Positions 24,836-37,830 of a DNA stretch of 64,000 bases are shown here, piece after piece. The notes beneath the pieces are model-generated. The model made no database searches. It was not told where the DNA came from and saw nothing but the letters and a program-made list of their open reading frames with translations. Source of the DNA: Hormiphora californensis. Its lineage: Eukaryota > Animalia > Ctenophora. A program made the position numbers and the translations under genes. The stretch is taken from contig CM035353.1 in NCBI GenBank assembly GCA_020137815.1, positions 4,712,001 to 4,776,000 of the forward strand. The letters are read 5' to 3'. Every line of letters begins with the position of its first letter. Positions within the stretch are counted from its first letter, which is position 1.

Positions 24836-25090
24836 TCAGATGCACTCCCGATGCACTTTTATGTTATGGAGAAGTTTGCTCCTCTGACGGGTCCGCTTAC
24901 CAGCTGGATCCCGAGCAAACGTGGGTACTGTCCACCCTTTCGCAGAGGGGCATGTTTGGCAGTAGAGTTTGCCCCCGTCTTCTCTGAGCTGTGGATGGTT
25001 GGAAACAAGCTCCTCGTGGGTTTCGCACATCAACAGCGATGCTGGCTCCACAATTAACTTCTTGTTTGCCAGCAGTTTTTTCCTGAGCAC
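24836..25090 (-). pseudogene. Zinc-finger-containing DNA transposase N-terminal fragment (hAT-like); paralogue at 30850-31020
   Basis: LYCQTC...LLHNIKVH here, and LLHNIKLHLSGTRH at ~31000. Confidence 0.4.
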
Positions 25091-26106
25091 CTTTCACACC
25101 ATATTGTATAAGTTTCTTAGTGATTTGATTAGCCACTAATTGATTCTTGCCTCTTGCTAAAAACAGCCAAATGTATTTTTCGTTCTCCTAATGTAAATTA
25201 TTAAGACGGGATTATATTGTAAGTAATCTAGTTGGATTTAGAAGTTTGTATCCTGGTAGAGTGCTCGATCCGGGGATGCGGAGAGCTGAACTATTGTGAC
25301 AAGTGAAACAAGGTTTTACAAAAATTTTGTAAAACCTTGTTTCACTTGTCACAATATTGTAAGTAATCCATTCTTATTTCGATAAATGAATATTAAAACT
25401 CAGCAAAAGATTTAAAGATCAGAAAATAATGTAAAATATAATTATCAAACATGTTAGTAAAATGTATTTTTACTTACCTCTTCCTCCCAGAATACTTTCC
25501 AGAACATCCCCTCGGGAGACAGTTGCTTTTCCTTCTTACTCCCTCGTGGGCACACGGTGTATTATCAAATGATTAAATTGGTCCAAAACAATACATAATA
25601 CACAATGATAAAATTATTTTACAAATAGGCAGGGAGGGCGCCATCATGTCATGGAGTGCTCTAGATTTTAGATCACTCCATGTCATGTCAAATGTTCCTC
25701 CTATCTGTAACTATCTCCTCCCCCAGCAACGCTACCAGACCATCTTCGACTGGCTTAGCCATGCCTATCCCCGTGTGGTCGGTGTAATGGGGGTGGCAGG
25801 CATAGGTGCATTTCATTAGCGGCTGCCCTGGGGCCAAGTTGATATACCGTAACGCGGTCGGCATCCGGCTGCTGTGATAAAAAAGTGTTAGGTGATTGCC
25901 GGAAACTGACTAGTGAGTCAAGCTTCAAGGTAAAGATACCCAAGGTTCCCATTGTGGGGGGAATTTATAATTCCCCTTGTCCCTGAAAAAGAATTAAATG
26001 TCAGTGTCACACAATTGCAAACAGTTTTGATAGCAGATATCATGATTCATGTATGTAATGTGAAAATATCTAAGTTAAGTTTGGAATTAAGATATTAAAA
26101 TCCATT

Positions 26107-27117
26107 TAGTAGGGACGAATCTCTCACAAAAAGAAGTGGTTGACTCACTATTTGATGAAAAGCAAATTCCGGTTGTAACCCACCTATTTTGACCCGCTGA
26201 ACACGATCCCGTCCATAGGTAAGCTCTAAGTAGTGGAGAAAATGCCCAAATCGGCCACGCCCTTTTACCTGTATTTTCAAGCCTGTAGCCAAAAACATAA
26301 ATCCTCTTAGAATAGGAGTAGAGACAAATCTGAGGGCACTAAAGTGATCAGCGCCCTCGCATTAGTGGGGGTAGGTGCTGGAATTAAGTCTCTATCTCAT
26401 CTGGCTAATTAGATAATTGGATAATTAGGTTTGCGCATAACCGTTTTTTGGCTATATGGCTATAGCCACTTAGGAATGGTTTAGAGACTTTTCACTGGCG
26501 CCATTTTGTAGGCAATAGCCAAGTTATGGGGGGTCGACGTCGGACTTTTAAGCTCTATCTCCAACCGTTTAGCCATTATTGGGCTTAATCGATGCTCAAA
26601 ATGAGCGAAAAACGGTAAAAAGCCCGATTTTGAGCATCGTTTAAGCCAAATAACGGCTAAACGGTTGGATATAGAGCTTAAAAGTTCGACGTCGACCCCC
26701 CATAACTTGGCTATTGCCTACAAAATGGCGCCAGTGAAAAGTCTCTAAACCATTCCTAAGTGGCTATAGCCATATAGCCAAAAAACGGTTATGTGCAAAC
26801 CTAATTATCCAATTATCTAATTAACCAGATGAGATAGAGACTTAATTCCAGCACCTACCCCCACTAATGCGAGGGCGCTGATCACTTTAGTGCCCTCAGA
26901 TTTGTCTCTACTCCTATTCTAAGAGGATTTATGTTTTTGGCTACAGGCTGAAAATACAGGTAAAAGGGCGTGGCCGATTTGGGCATTTTCTCCACTACTT
27001 AGAGCTTACCTATGGACGGGATCGTGTTCAGCGGGTCAAAATAGGTGGATTACAACCGGAATTTGCTTTTCACCAAATAGTGAGTCAAAAAATTAAGATT
27101 CGTCCCTACTAATTAGG
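26107..27117. mobile_element. ~1-kb near-perfect palindromic MITE
   Basis: TAGTAGGGACGAATCT...AGATTCGTCCCTACTA, with arms pairing almost to the centre (~26612). It shares internal modules with the element at 1-1548. Confidence 0.85.
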
Positions 27118-27439
27118 GATATCTAAGTTAAGCATTTACGTGTGCTTCAAACTCCTATTATGATCTTTTATCCGTTTAGTTTCCACACCTTTCTCCTTGC
27201 CATAACCACATATTTTACAATACCATAAGTCACGCATGAATTGCTGTGTGTGAGAAATGAGAATTGTTAATTGTGACCACTAACACCAGTTACAAGTGAT
27301 TTGACGTGTTTTCAACAATAGGGATCCCTGAAAAAGTTAAGTAGTTTTTCGCCACAGCGCCCAATTTCATCAATTGTGCAACATACAATCCACTCGCCGC
27401 TCACGTTCTCACGGCACTCTCTCGCAATGTTTGGTTTGT

Positions 27440-27600
27440 CTTCACGGTATATCAAGTGGGGAAATAGAAGGGGTACGATCGAGTTGACCATTGTAGCCAC
27501 CGCGTGGGGCTCGTTAGCAGTTCCATATTCCATCCGAGCTTGAGCTTCCTCGTCTGGTTCTTTCTGGATGGATAATGAAGGGCTACAGAGGACTTTCTCG
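27440..27600 (-). pseudogene. YqaJ/lambda-exonuclease-like fragment (type carried by ISL2EU-like transposons)
   Basis: AQARMEYGTANEPHAV resembles the M..G...E..A motif. Confidence 0.45.
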
Positions 27601-28212
27601 CTCATGTTCTCTCGCCACACTCTCGCGGAATGTTTGGTTTGTCTCGGAATGGCTTCATGTTCAGTTCGTGGGTTGGCTGGGTGTTGTACCCCCCCCCCCC
27701 CCCCCGTGTTGTAAAATTTCTAACTGCCTCTTACAGTACTTTGAAGACATTACAATATCTTAAATTAAACTATATTTGCGTATTATACGTATCAAGTTAA
27801 AAAATGAATATTGGGCCCCAATACCACACATGTGTTGTTGTCAATTCAACGGTTGCCTTGTATTTTGCACAGTTGAAAGTTCATCCAAACAGTGAAGGCA
27901 CTGTGTAATGGTCTGATGTAGTTTCTCTCTCTTAGAACTTAGAAGATAGGGTACTACACTGTTTTCCACTATTTTTCCTGTGTGGCTGTCTACTTGATTA
28001 TATCTTGACATACACCAGTCTATCTGTTGGCGGAGATTTCAATGTATTCTCCATCGCTTGAATGCCAAAAGAGTTTTGTAGGAGTTAAAAAAATACGATT
28101 TTGCTCAACAAAACAGTATATATATATTCTAAAAACATAATACATAGAATCCGTACACACCACACGTGTTGTCTTACTTATGATTTTGCAACAGAGGAGG
28201 GTGTATAAGAAG

Positions 28213-28415
28213 ATTATACCAAAACTAATTAAAATTAGTAGGCCGGAAAGGTTGCCCTATGATTTGTGCTACCTTTGCCACCGTAACATTCACGGGCTAC
28301 AGACAGGGTACAGATGCTTCGTCTATCTTCAAAAGGGAATGTGCCGGTGCCAAAGGTAGCACAAATCATAGGGCAACCTTTCCGGCCTACTAATTTTAAT
28401 TAGTTTTGGTATAAT
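28213..28415. repeat. ~70-bp inverted repeat pair
   Basis: ATTATACCAAAACTAATT...CTTTGCCACCG is mirrored at 28345-28415. Confidence 0.9.
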
Positions 28416-31039
28416 TTGCATTATTTTGGGATTTTTTATTCATTTAGATGTAGTAGAACAGGTACGGAGAGTATGGAATCGCTAAATTGAAAAAATTTCA
28501 TTTTTGACGTCATTTTGACGTCATAAAATGACGTCACGACGTTATCACGTCATAATTATGACGTAATATCATCGGGATCACCTAGATGAAGATACTGACC
28601 AAGTTTGAGATCGATTGGATAAGATTTGAGTCCGCTATGGCGAAAAAACCCTTATCGTCATATCTATTTTTAAACTGTCTTAACACTTCAGACGCGTTTT
28701 AAGACCCTTATACATGTAGTTTTGGAAATTCGCGATATAGTTTCTGAAAGTTTAGACAATTCTCTTTCCATGATATAGTCTTCGTTTTTCGATTTGAATC
28801 CGTCTTCAGGGTGTAAATTGAGCTCAAAGAATTTTGGTCAGAGTCTGAAAAATGACGACTTTAAGACGTTCTGTAGGAGGTTCCTGGCTTTGAAAAGAGA
28901 CCCCACATCGACTAATGCACACACATCCAGTAGATCTACCAGCTGTGAAAACGAGACGTTTCTATCTCTTTTCGTTTGGCGTGAATATGGTTTATAAAAA
29001 GCGTCTCTCCTACGCGCGCGAAACCCATAAAACGTATTACTGCGTTTCTGGCGGCGCTTTGGGGGGGGGGATGGCAACCTTTGCGCTTGCCAGCGCAGTG
29101 ACATGTACTGAACTAATTCTCGCCAAACCGTCTAATTGAAATGTACCCCCCCCATGCCTCCGTAAATGGTGGTCCATTCTAAGGGTGCTGTCAACCTCCA
29201 CACTCTGTAGTTTCTTGAGGTGCCCCTTCGCATCCTTCTTGTTGTCCTTATCCGTCCAACTGGCCACCCAATTAGTCCTTTTACTATTACCTCCCTGTTG
29301 TACTGGAAATTCAACATCTGGGACAAGCTATGACTCAGAAACTTCATTGATTTCAGAGGGGTGAACGCTTCAAGGATGATACCCTAACCTAATTAGTCTT
29401 TGCAATATATTTATTTGGGGAGGGGGAGTTGACAAGTCAATATGAAATAATAATTTAAATCCGGTTTTGTTTCATTCACATAATCTGCTCACCATTATTT
29501 TCTGCTGTTGAGTCTGGTGCATACCAATACTTAAAACCTCCTTCTTTATGAGGTTTATCTCATTGGCCTAAATAAAATGGGTTGTTTTTATCTACGTGCC
29601 CTTTGATGCCAACAGGGTTTCATTGGAATTGGCAATGGGTTTCTGCTTATAATGTTAAATGGGAAATCGCCGTAAATCTAAAACTGGGGTAATGCATGTG
29701 TCATGGGAGACATAGGAGTTACAAATCCCATCATTATTAGTCGCCCCAACACTGCTGCATGTATAGTCCACTTTTGGTTCTCAACTTCAGAATCTGATCT
29801 CATTAATGGTCTGTCACCTGGTATTCTGGTTTACGATTCCACGTGTAATGATACCAACAGCTAATTTAACTTATTCTAGGGTACATGAGCCATTTATATT
29901 ATTACATGAGCAATTTCGGTTATCCGTGGCCGTCCTTGCTCTCTTGTTGATCTTTTGCCTCATGTTGTGGAGCATGTCGTACATGTTGTCCCTATATACA
30001 GTTCAGAAGAGCATACAATTCGGGTTTGGGCTATTTCGTTGGGCTATTTCGTTGCCGAGGGCAGGTTGAGATTTTTTCTGCAGTACGACCATGGAGTCTG
30101 ATGCTACCCTATCCAACTCCTCCCAATTCGTAATGGGGGGTCCTCCATCCATGGTCACCAGATTCCTGCCAGGATTTCTGCATGGGTTCATTGCTCCTCC
30201 ACTTACAGCTCCTACGTGTATTCAGACAATACTATCAGTGGAATTAAACTCTTCTCTTAGATTTTAGGCCACGTAGGCCTACCATGATGGCCATTCATCC
30301 TCCACTATCAGGCATCAGCTCCTATGTATCCAGACATATCCAGAAATAGCAATGGAATTGTATTCCTTTCTGAGATTGTAGGCCACGTGGTCATGTTTTC
30401 TGTACCATTGCTCTCCATGTACTTACTTTTACCAAATCGCCAAATTATCGGGGTTGGTCTTCAACACGTTTAATTTACCGTGTAGGAATATTTATGACAT
30501 TTATATAACGTCAGTATTTTATATAATATATTATGTACTATATTATTCAAATTATATCACAGGGTTCAATCCATGTGCCCCCACTCATCCCCTCCTTCAC
30601 CGCTTCTTCAACAAAAAAGTCCACCAGACTCTACTCAACTGGTTTGGCCATCCCCAGACCGGTGTGTGCCATGTACGAACGATGGCCGGAGTAGTCACAT
30701 ACAATAAGGGGTTGGCCTAATTCAAGGTTAATTTATCGTACGGCAGTACACATCTGATGCTTGATGTGATAACAGAATGTAGAATGTAGAGTAACCTACA
30801 AGATGGTTTTTCCATCTTTAGAATATGTGGTGTAGCTCTCTATGAGCACTCAGTGCTCACAGAGAATCCCATGATGAATGTGTCGAAGGAGATTAATCTC
30901 CGCTGCCACAGCATCACCCATCTTCGCTCCCTCTCTCTCCCTTGTGTTACTGTTAGCCAACTGCTCCTCGCGTTCTAAATGTCGAGTCCCACTCAGATGC
31001 AGTTTTATGTTATGGAGTAGGTTGCATCCTTTCCCCCAA

Positions 31040-32110
31040 AATGAGACTGCAATGTAGGTCACCCTCAGAACATGGCAGTGGATTGCTCCCTCGGTCGGCG
31101 GCAATTTCCTCCACTGTGTTGCCCTCAGAACTTGGCAGTGGATTGCTCCCTCGGTCGGTGGCAATTTCCTCCACTGTGTTGCCCTCAGAACATGGCAGTG
31201 GATTGCTCCCTCGGTCGGTGGCAATTTCCTCCACTGTGTTGCCCTCAGAACTTGGCAGTGGATTGCTCCCTCGGTCGGTGGCAATTTCCTCCACTGTGTT
31301 GCCCTCAGAACTTGGCAGTGAATTGCTCCCTCGGTCGGTGGCAATTTCCTCCACTGTGTTGCCCTCAGAACTTGGCAGTGGATTGCTCCCTCGATCGGTG
31401 GCAATTTCCTCCACTGTGTTGCCCTCAGAACTTGGCAGTGAATTGCTCCCTCGGTCGGTGGCAATTTCCTCCACTGTGTTGCCCTCAGAACTTGGCAGTG
31501 AATTGCTCCCTCGGTCGGTGGCAATTTCCTCCACTGTGTCGCCCTCAGAACTTGGCAGTGGATTGCTCCCTCGATCGGTGGCAATTTCCTCCACTGTGTT
31601 GCCATGGCGGAAGGGCACGGTCCGTGCCGCACGGAACCTGGCCTCGGCAGCAGTTAATCCATCATACTTGTACAGCCTCATTACAAAGTTTGTAACTGCC
31701 CTTAACTGATCCCTCGACCCCGGTATATGTCAACAGCTAGAGTAGCCTTGACCTTACAAAGATCAAGATCCTCAAACGCGGCCCGAACTACTTTCAGTTT
31801 TCCCTATCCAAAAAAAATGCAGGCGTGTAATCACATCCGGTGAAAGGGTGGAGAAAACGAAGAGCTTTGCACTAAATCTTCCCCATATAGACTGATGCAT
31901 TGCCGACAGGTCTGTGGTGTACGTTGCCTTATCGACACCATCAGATTTCCTGCCATGATTTCTGCAGCGGTCCATTCCTCCTCCACTAACAGCTCCTATG
32001 TATCCAGACATTACTAGCAGTGGAATTAAACTCCTTTCTGAAATTGTAGGCCACGTAGGTCATGTTTTCCGTGTCATTGCTCTCCATGTACTTACTTTTA
32101 ACAATTCGCC
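31040..32110 (-). pseudogene. Academ-like transposase XPG/H3TH region fragment (copy A)
   Basis: ALRFLHPFTGCDYTPAFF..IGK (H3TH), then FVMRLY..ARF..LPPTEGAIHCQVLRATYIA..FWG, with frameshifts. Confidence 0.7.
31062..31603. repeat. 60-bp tandem repeat x9 (in-frame LPPTEGAIHCQVLRATQWRK)
   Basis: Period is exactly 60. A single-copy version is at ~34722-34783. Confidence 0.97.
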
Positions 32111-32198
32111 ACCTCTTTTTTTCGATTTTGTTAATTTAGCCAGAGGGGGGTCAGGTCAAGATTTAATAAGGTAATCAGAAACTTAACATATTATTATT

Positions 32199-34175
32199 GG
32201 GGGGGGGGCGTGTGAATTTAATATCCATGTCCTAAATAAACACGTCTGACTTTAATGTCCCTGGGACATTAAAGGACATTAAAAGACATTAAAAGACATT
32301 AAAGGACATTTAATTAAAACATGAATTTTCAGCTATTATTAAACTAAAATGGTGTTTTCAACCACTTAATATTTACTTCTAATGTCCCCTCTATCGATTC
32401 CAACCAATACCATAGATGTTGGGGGTGATTAAGCCTCATTTTAGGGTGGCCCTGTACCTCTAAGCGAACCCCGGAAATTTTGAAGTTTTGGACTAAATGT
32501 CAAGGTTTTAAAGTGAAAATAGCCCCGATTTTGATGAAACTCAGTCAGAATGGTCTTTGATGTCTAATTAGAAGTCAAACAAGAATTATTGCATTATGTA
32601 TTCATAATGCGGTGTTTCCCTGCCCCAGATGGGTGAAAAATTGATGAATGAGCTTCAAATTCAGATTTTCCGATGAATTTTGCACTTTAAGAGCAATTTT
32701 TGGCTGATACGATGTTAGTTGCTATGGTAACCAGGGTGGTTGCTATGGTAACCAAGGCAGTTGCTATGATAACTAAGACAGTTGCTTAGGAGACCCTAGT
32801 TGGTGACCAAGCGCTTCACCTTTACCCTCAGGCCTCAGTCATCTTAATTCTTAGCACCAGTCACTTGCAATTATTGTGTGATAGTAGTTTCATGCTTGGA
32901 AGACTTGCTACCACGTCATGGTACGGCTGTAGGGTACCCAAAGTGATTTCAGGTGAAAGTAGGAAGTGATACGAGTGAGTAATTGCGCGCCACAATGTGT
33001 ATTAATCATTTCCTTTGTTGCATCAACAAAGTGTGAGTTGAAATATTTATGAAGGAGCAGACTTGTTGTTAGGCGTTGTCCGTGACGGACGGACGGACAC
33101 TTTTAGTTAACTACACAATCTGCTGATTTCTAAACCCTGAATGATCTTTTTAGCACGTGCGTGCTAAAAACATCATCCCGGGTGATTGCCTTCGGCAATC
33201 ACCCGGGCAGGGAAAAAATTTTTGAGTGCTCAAATCCTAAATTTAGGTTTTTTTAGGTTTTTTGGCTTTTATGGGTTTCAGGAACGTCCTAGAACAAAAT
33301 AAATAGAATCATCTTTCTCGGCGTGAAATTCTGCATCGATCATAGTGGCTATAAACCTTTCTATGACGTAGTTATCCCAAAAAACCAAACGGGTATGCTT
33401 CATGTGGTAAGGTTTTTTAGGTTTTATTCGTTACACAGACATCGCAGATCAAAATGGTTTTCACTAAAATGATTTCCTCACCAATACACGTCGATTGAGT
33501 ACCTATAACATGGTGTTCTGACAAGAGGTTCGCCCGTTAGCCTAAAACATGTACCCGCCCCTATAACATGTACCCGTTTGGGATAACTCTACGTCATAGA
33601 AAGGTTTATAGCCACTAAAATCGATACAGAATTTCACGCTGAGAAAGATGGTTCTATTCATTTTGTTCTAGGACGTTCCTGAAACCCATAAAAACCAAAA
33701 AACCTAAAAAACCTAAAAATCGTAAATTTAGGAGTTGAGCACTAAATTTTTTTTGACACCAAACACTATTCTGACCAAGTTTCATCAAAATCGGGGCTGT
33801 TCTCTCTCACTCTAAAGCCTTCGGTGTCTTTTCTACTCGTTTCATAAGATGATTTTGAGATATCGTCTAGGCTAGAAATATGCATGTATGTAAAAAAGGT
33901 ACCGCACCCACGCCCCACGCAAAAGCAAGCCTAATCACCAGTGAACATTTATGACATTCATTGGAATCGAAAGATGGGACCTTTAGTAGTACATTGGTGG
34001 TAAACATGTTTGGTAACACATTTTGGAATGGTTTTTGGAAGTTATAATTTAATGTCTTTTAATGTCTTATAATGTCCTTTAATGTCTTTTAATGTCCTAA
34101 ATAAACACGGACAATTTAATGTCCCAAAAATCGAGGGACATTAAAGGACATTTTAATACGCGGGCCCCCCCCCCC
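32199..34175. mobile_element. G-tract/C-tract-terminated non-autonomous element (8-9 bp TSD TTATTATT; MuDR-like)
   Basis: The empty site is visible in the duplicate at ~35341-35360. Subterminal 10-bp GACATTAAA(A/G) repeats are in inverted orientation. Confidence 0.8.
32579..33214 (-). mobile_element. DINE-1/HINE-like non-autonomous Helentron (second family member)
   Basis: Same subTIRs, hairpins and CTTGTT end as 13877-14314. A (GACG)n/GTCC microsatellite lies at ~33085-33100. Confidence 0.7.
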
Positions 34176-34689
34176 TTTATTATTAATTGCATCAAATGTA
34201 CACATGTACTCTCGGTGGTTCTGTACCGTCTAGAACCGAGTCATCTCATCCCCACCAATTATTGGTTCTTTAAACTGCAAATAAGTTTCTTCTTAGTACA
34301 TATTTTCCTATCCGGGCGAATTCTTTTCATAGCAGGATTAGAATTCAAAAGACAGACAGATATACAGTGCAGAGACAAACATACAGACATGCATAAACGC
34401 AGAAAAATGGATATTGGATACCGAGTAACAATTACAAATATTTATACCTCCTACTTTACATACTCTCTATGTTGAGTCAATGATCTACAATCTAATATCT
34501 CTGCTGATCCGGCGGTTGTCTGCTGGCTGATGTCTTGTTTATCTTCTGCCTCATGCTGTGGAGCATGTCGTACATGCTTTCCCCAAATACAGAAGAAGAG
34601 CATACAATTAGGGTTTTGGGCCGTATCAAAAGAGGCCAATTTAGGTGTTGTTTGGTTGGCGGGTTGATTCATTCCTTCCTTTGCACCGT

Positions 34690-35350
34690 ATTTTCCCCAA
34701 AATGAATTTGCAATGTAGGTCGCCCTCAGAACTTGGCAGTGGATTGCTCCCTCGGTCGGTGGCAATTTCCTCCACTGTGTTGCCATGGCGGAAGGGCACG
34801 GAACCTGGCCTCGGCAGCAGTTAATCCATCATCCTTGTACAGCCTCATTACAAAGTTTGTAACTGCCCTTAACTGATCCCTCGACCCCGATATAATGTCA
34901 ACAGCTAGAGTAGCCATGACCTTACAAAGATCAAGATCCTCAAACGCGGCCCTACTTTCAGTTTTCCCTGTCCAAAAAATGCAGGCGTGTAATCACATCC
35001 GGTGAAAGGGTGGAGAAAACGAAGAGCTTTGCACTGTATCTTCCTCATAGACTGATACATTGCCGACAGGTCTGTGGTGTACGTTGCCTTATCAAAATCA
35101 TCCTGCCAGGATTTCTGCAGGAGTCCATTTCTTCTCCACTAACAGCTCCTATGTATCCAGACATTACTAGCAGTGGAATTATATTCCTCTCTGAAATTGT
35201 AGGCCACGTAGGTCATGTTTTCCGTGTCATTGCTCTCCATGTACTTACTTTTAACAATTCGCCACCTCTTTTTTTCGATTTTGTTAATTTAGCCAGAGGG
35301 GGGTCAGGTCAAGATTTAATAAGGTAATCAGAAACTTAACATATTATTAT
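34690..35350 (-). pseudogene. Academ-like XPG/H3TH fragment (copy B; segmental duplicate of ~31540-32198)
   Basis: Near-identical sequence with a single LPPT unit. Confidence 0.7.
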
Positions 35351-36029
35351 TAATTGCATCAAATGTACACATGTACATGTACAAGTATATAAATGTACCT
35401 CTAGCTCTCCCACGACCTCCTCATCCTCCGTTACCATACCCTCTGGCCTCTATTGGGTTCTCCGTTACCATAGTCCATACCCTCTATTGGGTTCTCCTCT
35501 TCGTACTCTCGGTGGTTCTGTACCGTCTAGAACCGAGTCATCTCATCCCCACCAAGTATTGGTTCTTTAAACTGCAAGTGTCTTCTTAGTACATATTTTC
35601 CTATCCGGACGAATTCTTTTCATAGCAGGATTAGAATTCAAAAGACAGACAGATATACAGTTCAGAGACAAACATACAGACATGCATAAACGCAGAAAAA
35701 TGGATATTGGATACCGACTAACAATTACAAATGTTTATACCTCCTACTTTACATACTCTCTATGTTGAGGCAGTGATCTACAATCTAGTATCTCTGCTGA
35801 TCCGGCGGTTGTCTGCTGGCTGATGTCAAGTATAGGTCCAGAGGGAACTGTGGAATTTTTTTGGGTGAACTGTGGCTGACGTAATATTATGAGTAGTATT
35901 CATTGAAATTTGCACATATATTTGCATATATGTATTGTATACACATGTTTCCAGCAACACGCTGACTTCTGCCGTCTGGTCTATAATGGCACGAGTCAAG
36001 ATTGGTACAATGAGCCTCTCCATTTTAAC

Positions 36030-36420
36030 TTACCCAATAACTCGCATTTGACATGATGTCACTATATTCATGTTCTATGTGCCATATCACCGTTCACTTC
36101 AAGTTGTGGAATGCAGGAACCTTGGTAACTAGCACCCTTTTCATATTGGTCCTGATATTATTGGCGGTCGTTCTGTCTAGCAAGAGAAGTGAGAACAAGA
36201 TCTTTTTCTATTCTAATGCATCATTGACTTTTTTGCATGAAGTAATCTCGTGCACCAGACGGTGCAACGTACGCCAAAATCCCATAATTCGTTCCTTTAG
36301 ATTCATCTTGGTGTGATTATTGTCCTTTGTTATTCGAACATATAGAAGATCTTCCAGGAAATTATTTTCTGTCAGTTCAACATTATCAGCTATCACGGAA
36401 AACAAATTATACTCTTAAAT
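36030..36420 (-). pseudogene. Academ-like (DUF6589-type) transposase fragment
   Basis: KRVLVTKVPAFHNLK*TVIWHIEHEYSDIMSNAS resembles the HI.H.YS..M...S motif. Confidence 0.45.
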
Positions 36421-36439
36421 TGACCAGGGGTTGATAAAC

Positions 36440-37830
36440 GTAAAGCCGGTTGCTTGATCGGGTGTACCCTGAACCGGTGTCACCGGGGTGGTTCCATGTC
36501 CATGGTTAGGGTGCTAGGGTCGGTTGTGGTGCTGGTGGGAGAGCCAGGTAGCCTGTGAGACGGCTTCTTGTCCTTATCCTTGCCTTATCCTTCAGCAGGC
36601 TGACAGACTTTGGTTTGGGGAGTTCAAAGGATAGGAAGTCTGCTTCCTTCTCAACGCTGTAGGTAGTAAGGGCCCCTACAGCGTTGAGAAGGAAGCAGAC
36701 TCCCTATCCTTTGAAGGGAGGTTTTAGTGTTAGTTGGGCGTTTGACACTCTGTGTTTGTCTGTTGGAGTAGTTTATGGTTGTTGTTTGGTAGTTTTGTAC
36801 TTACTCGGGGATGTAAGAGAGCTCTTGTGGATGTATTTCGGGTCCATTGACGAATATATGCACCTTCGTTGAATGCTCTTATGTATTGTGGTGCCGCTCT
36901 CCGCACAAGGGATAAGTAGGTTGTCTTCAAAAGCGGTAAAATCTCGGTCTGAGATCCTGACCATATCACGGTGGTAGATTACACCTCCCTTCAGTATCCT
37001 GTTCTGTTCAACTCTGTTGGGAGAGGGGGACTGGGGGTGATTGTTTTAGTGGGGGTGGGAAAGGTATTTGGGGGCTTCAATAGGGTTGACAGGGTTTGTA
37101 TTTGGGTACACTTCCCTGTCCTGTTTTGCTTGCTTGCTTCTTCTTTTCTCTATTTCCGTGGGGCTACGTTCCCTTTTTGTACCTCTGTTGTTGGGAGGTG
37201 GTTCGTTGGGGGGGGGGTGCCCACTGGTGGAGGGCACTGTTGTGATGCTGATGGGAGAGCCAGGTAGCCTGTGAGACGGCTTCTTGTCCTTATCCTTGCC
37301 GGCCTGATATGAGGATATATTTTAATTATATATAGCAAAAGTAGAATATAATCAACATAGTCACGTATCATGGCTGTCTAGTTCATCGGACTGTGGATCA
37401 TTCCAGGGTTTACAATCGTAAAGGATGCCGACTGATCCGGTGTAGCCGGGGTGCCCACTGGTGTAGCCGGGGTGCCCTCTGGTGGAGGGGCCGTTGGGTT
37501 GGTCGTGTTGGCTGAGGAGCTGGTGGGAGAGCCAGGTAGTCTGTGAGTCGGCTTCTTGGAATTTCTGTCCTTGCCGGCCTGATGTCACCCAGTGTCAATG
37601 GGGTGGCTACTGGACACTGGTGGCTCTATTTCCTACACTGAGTCACCTCTACTTTGACGACGTTTTTTGCTGGTAATTGACCAATTTTAAGACATTAAAT
37701 TGCCGGCCTGGTGTCAATGGGGTGGCTACTGGACACTGGTGGGTCCGTGTCCGAGGGTGGGGTGCTGGGGTTAACCCGGGTTGGTTGGTTTTCCCCTGGT
37801 CAGCATCCCCAAACTCATCCTTCCAGCCTC
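36440..37830 (-). pseudogene. Rearranged Pro-rich LINE ORF1-like 5' region with three internal direct repeats
   Basis: GGGAGAGCCAGGTAG(C/T)CTGTGAG..GGCTTCTTG occurs at ~36537, 37253 and 37525. The translation includes KRERSPTEIEKRRSKQAK. Confidence 0.35.

Noticed and set aside
31062-31603. 60-bp (and 32-bp) repeat arrays as CRISPR
   Set aside because: The units are contiguous with no unique spacers, there are no cas genes, and the context is eukaryotic.
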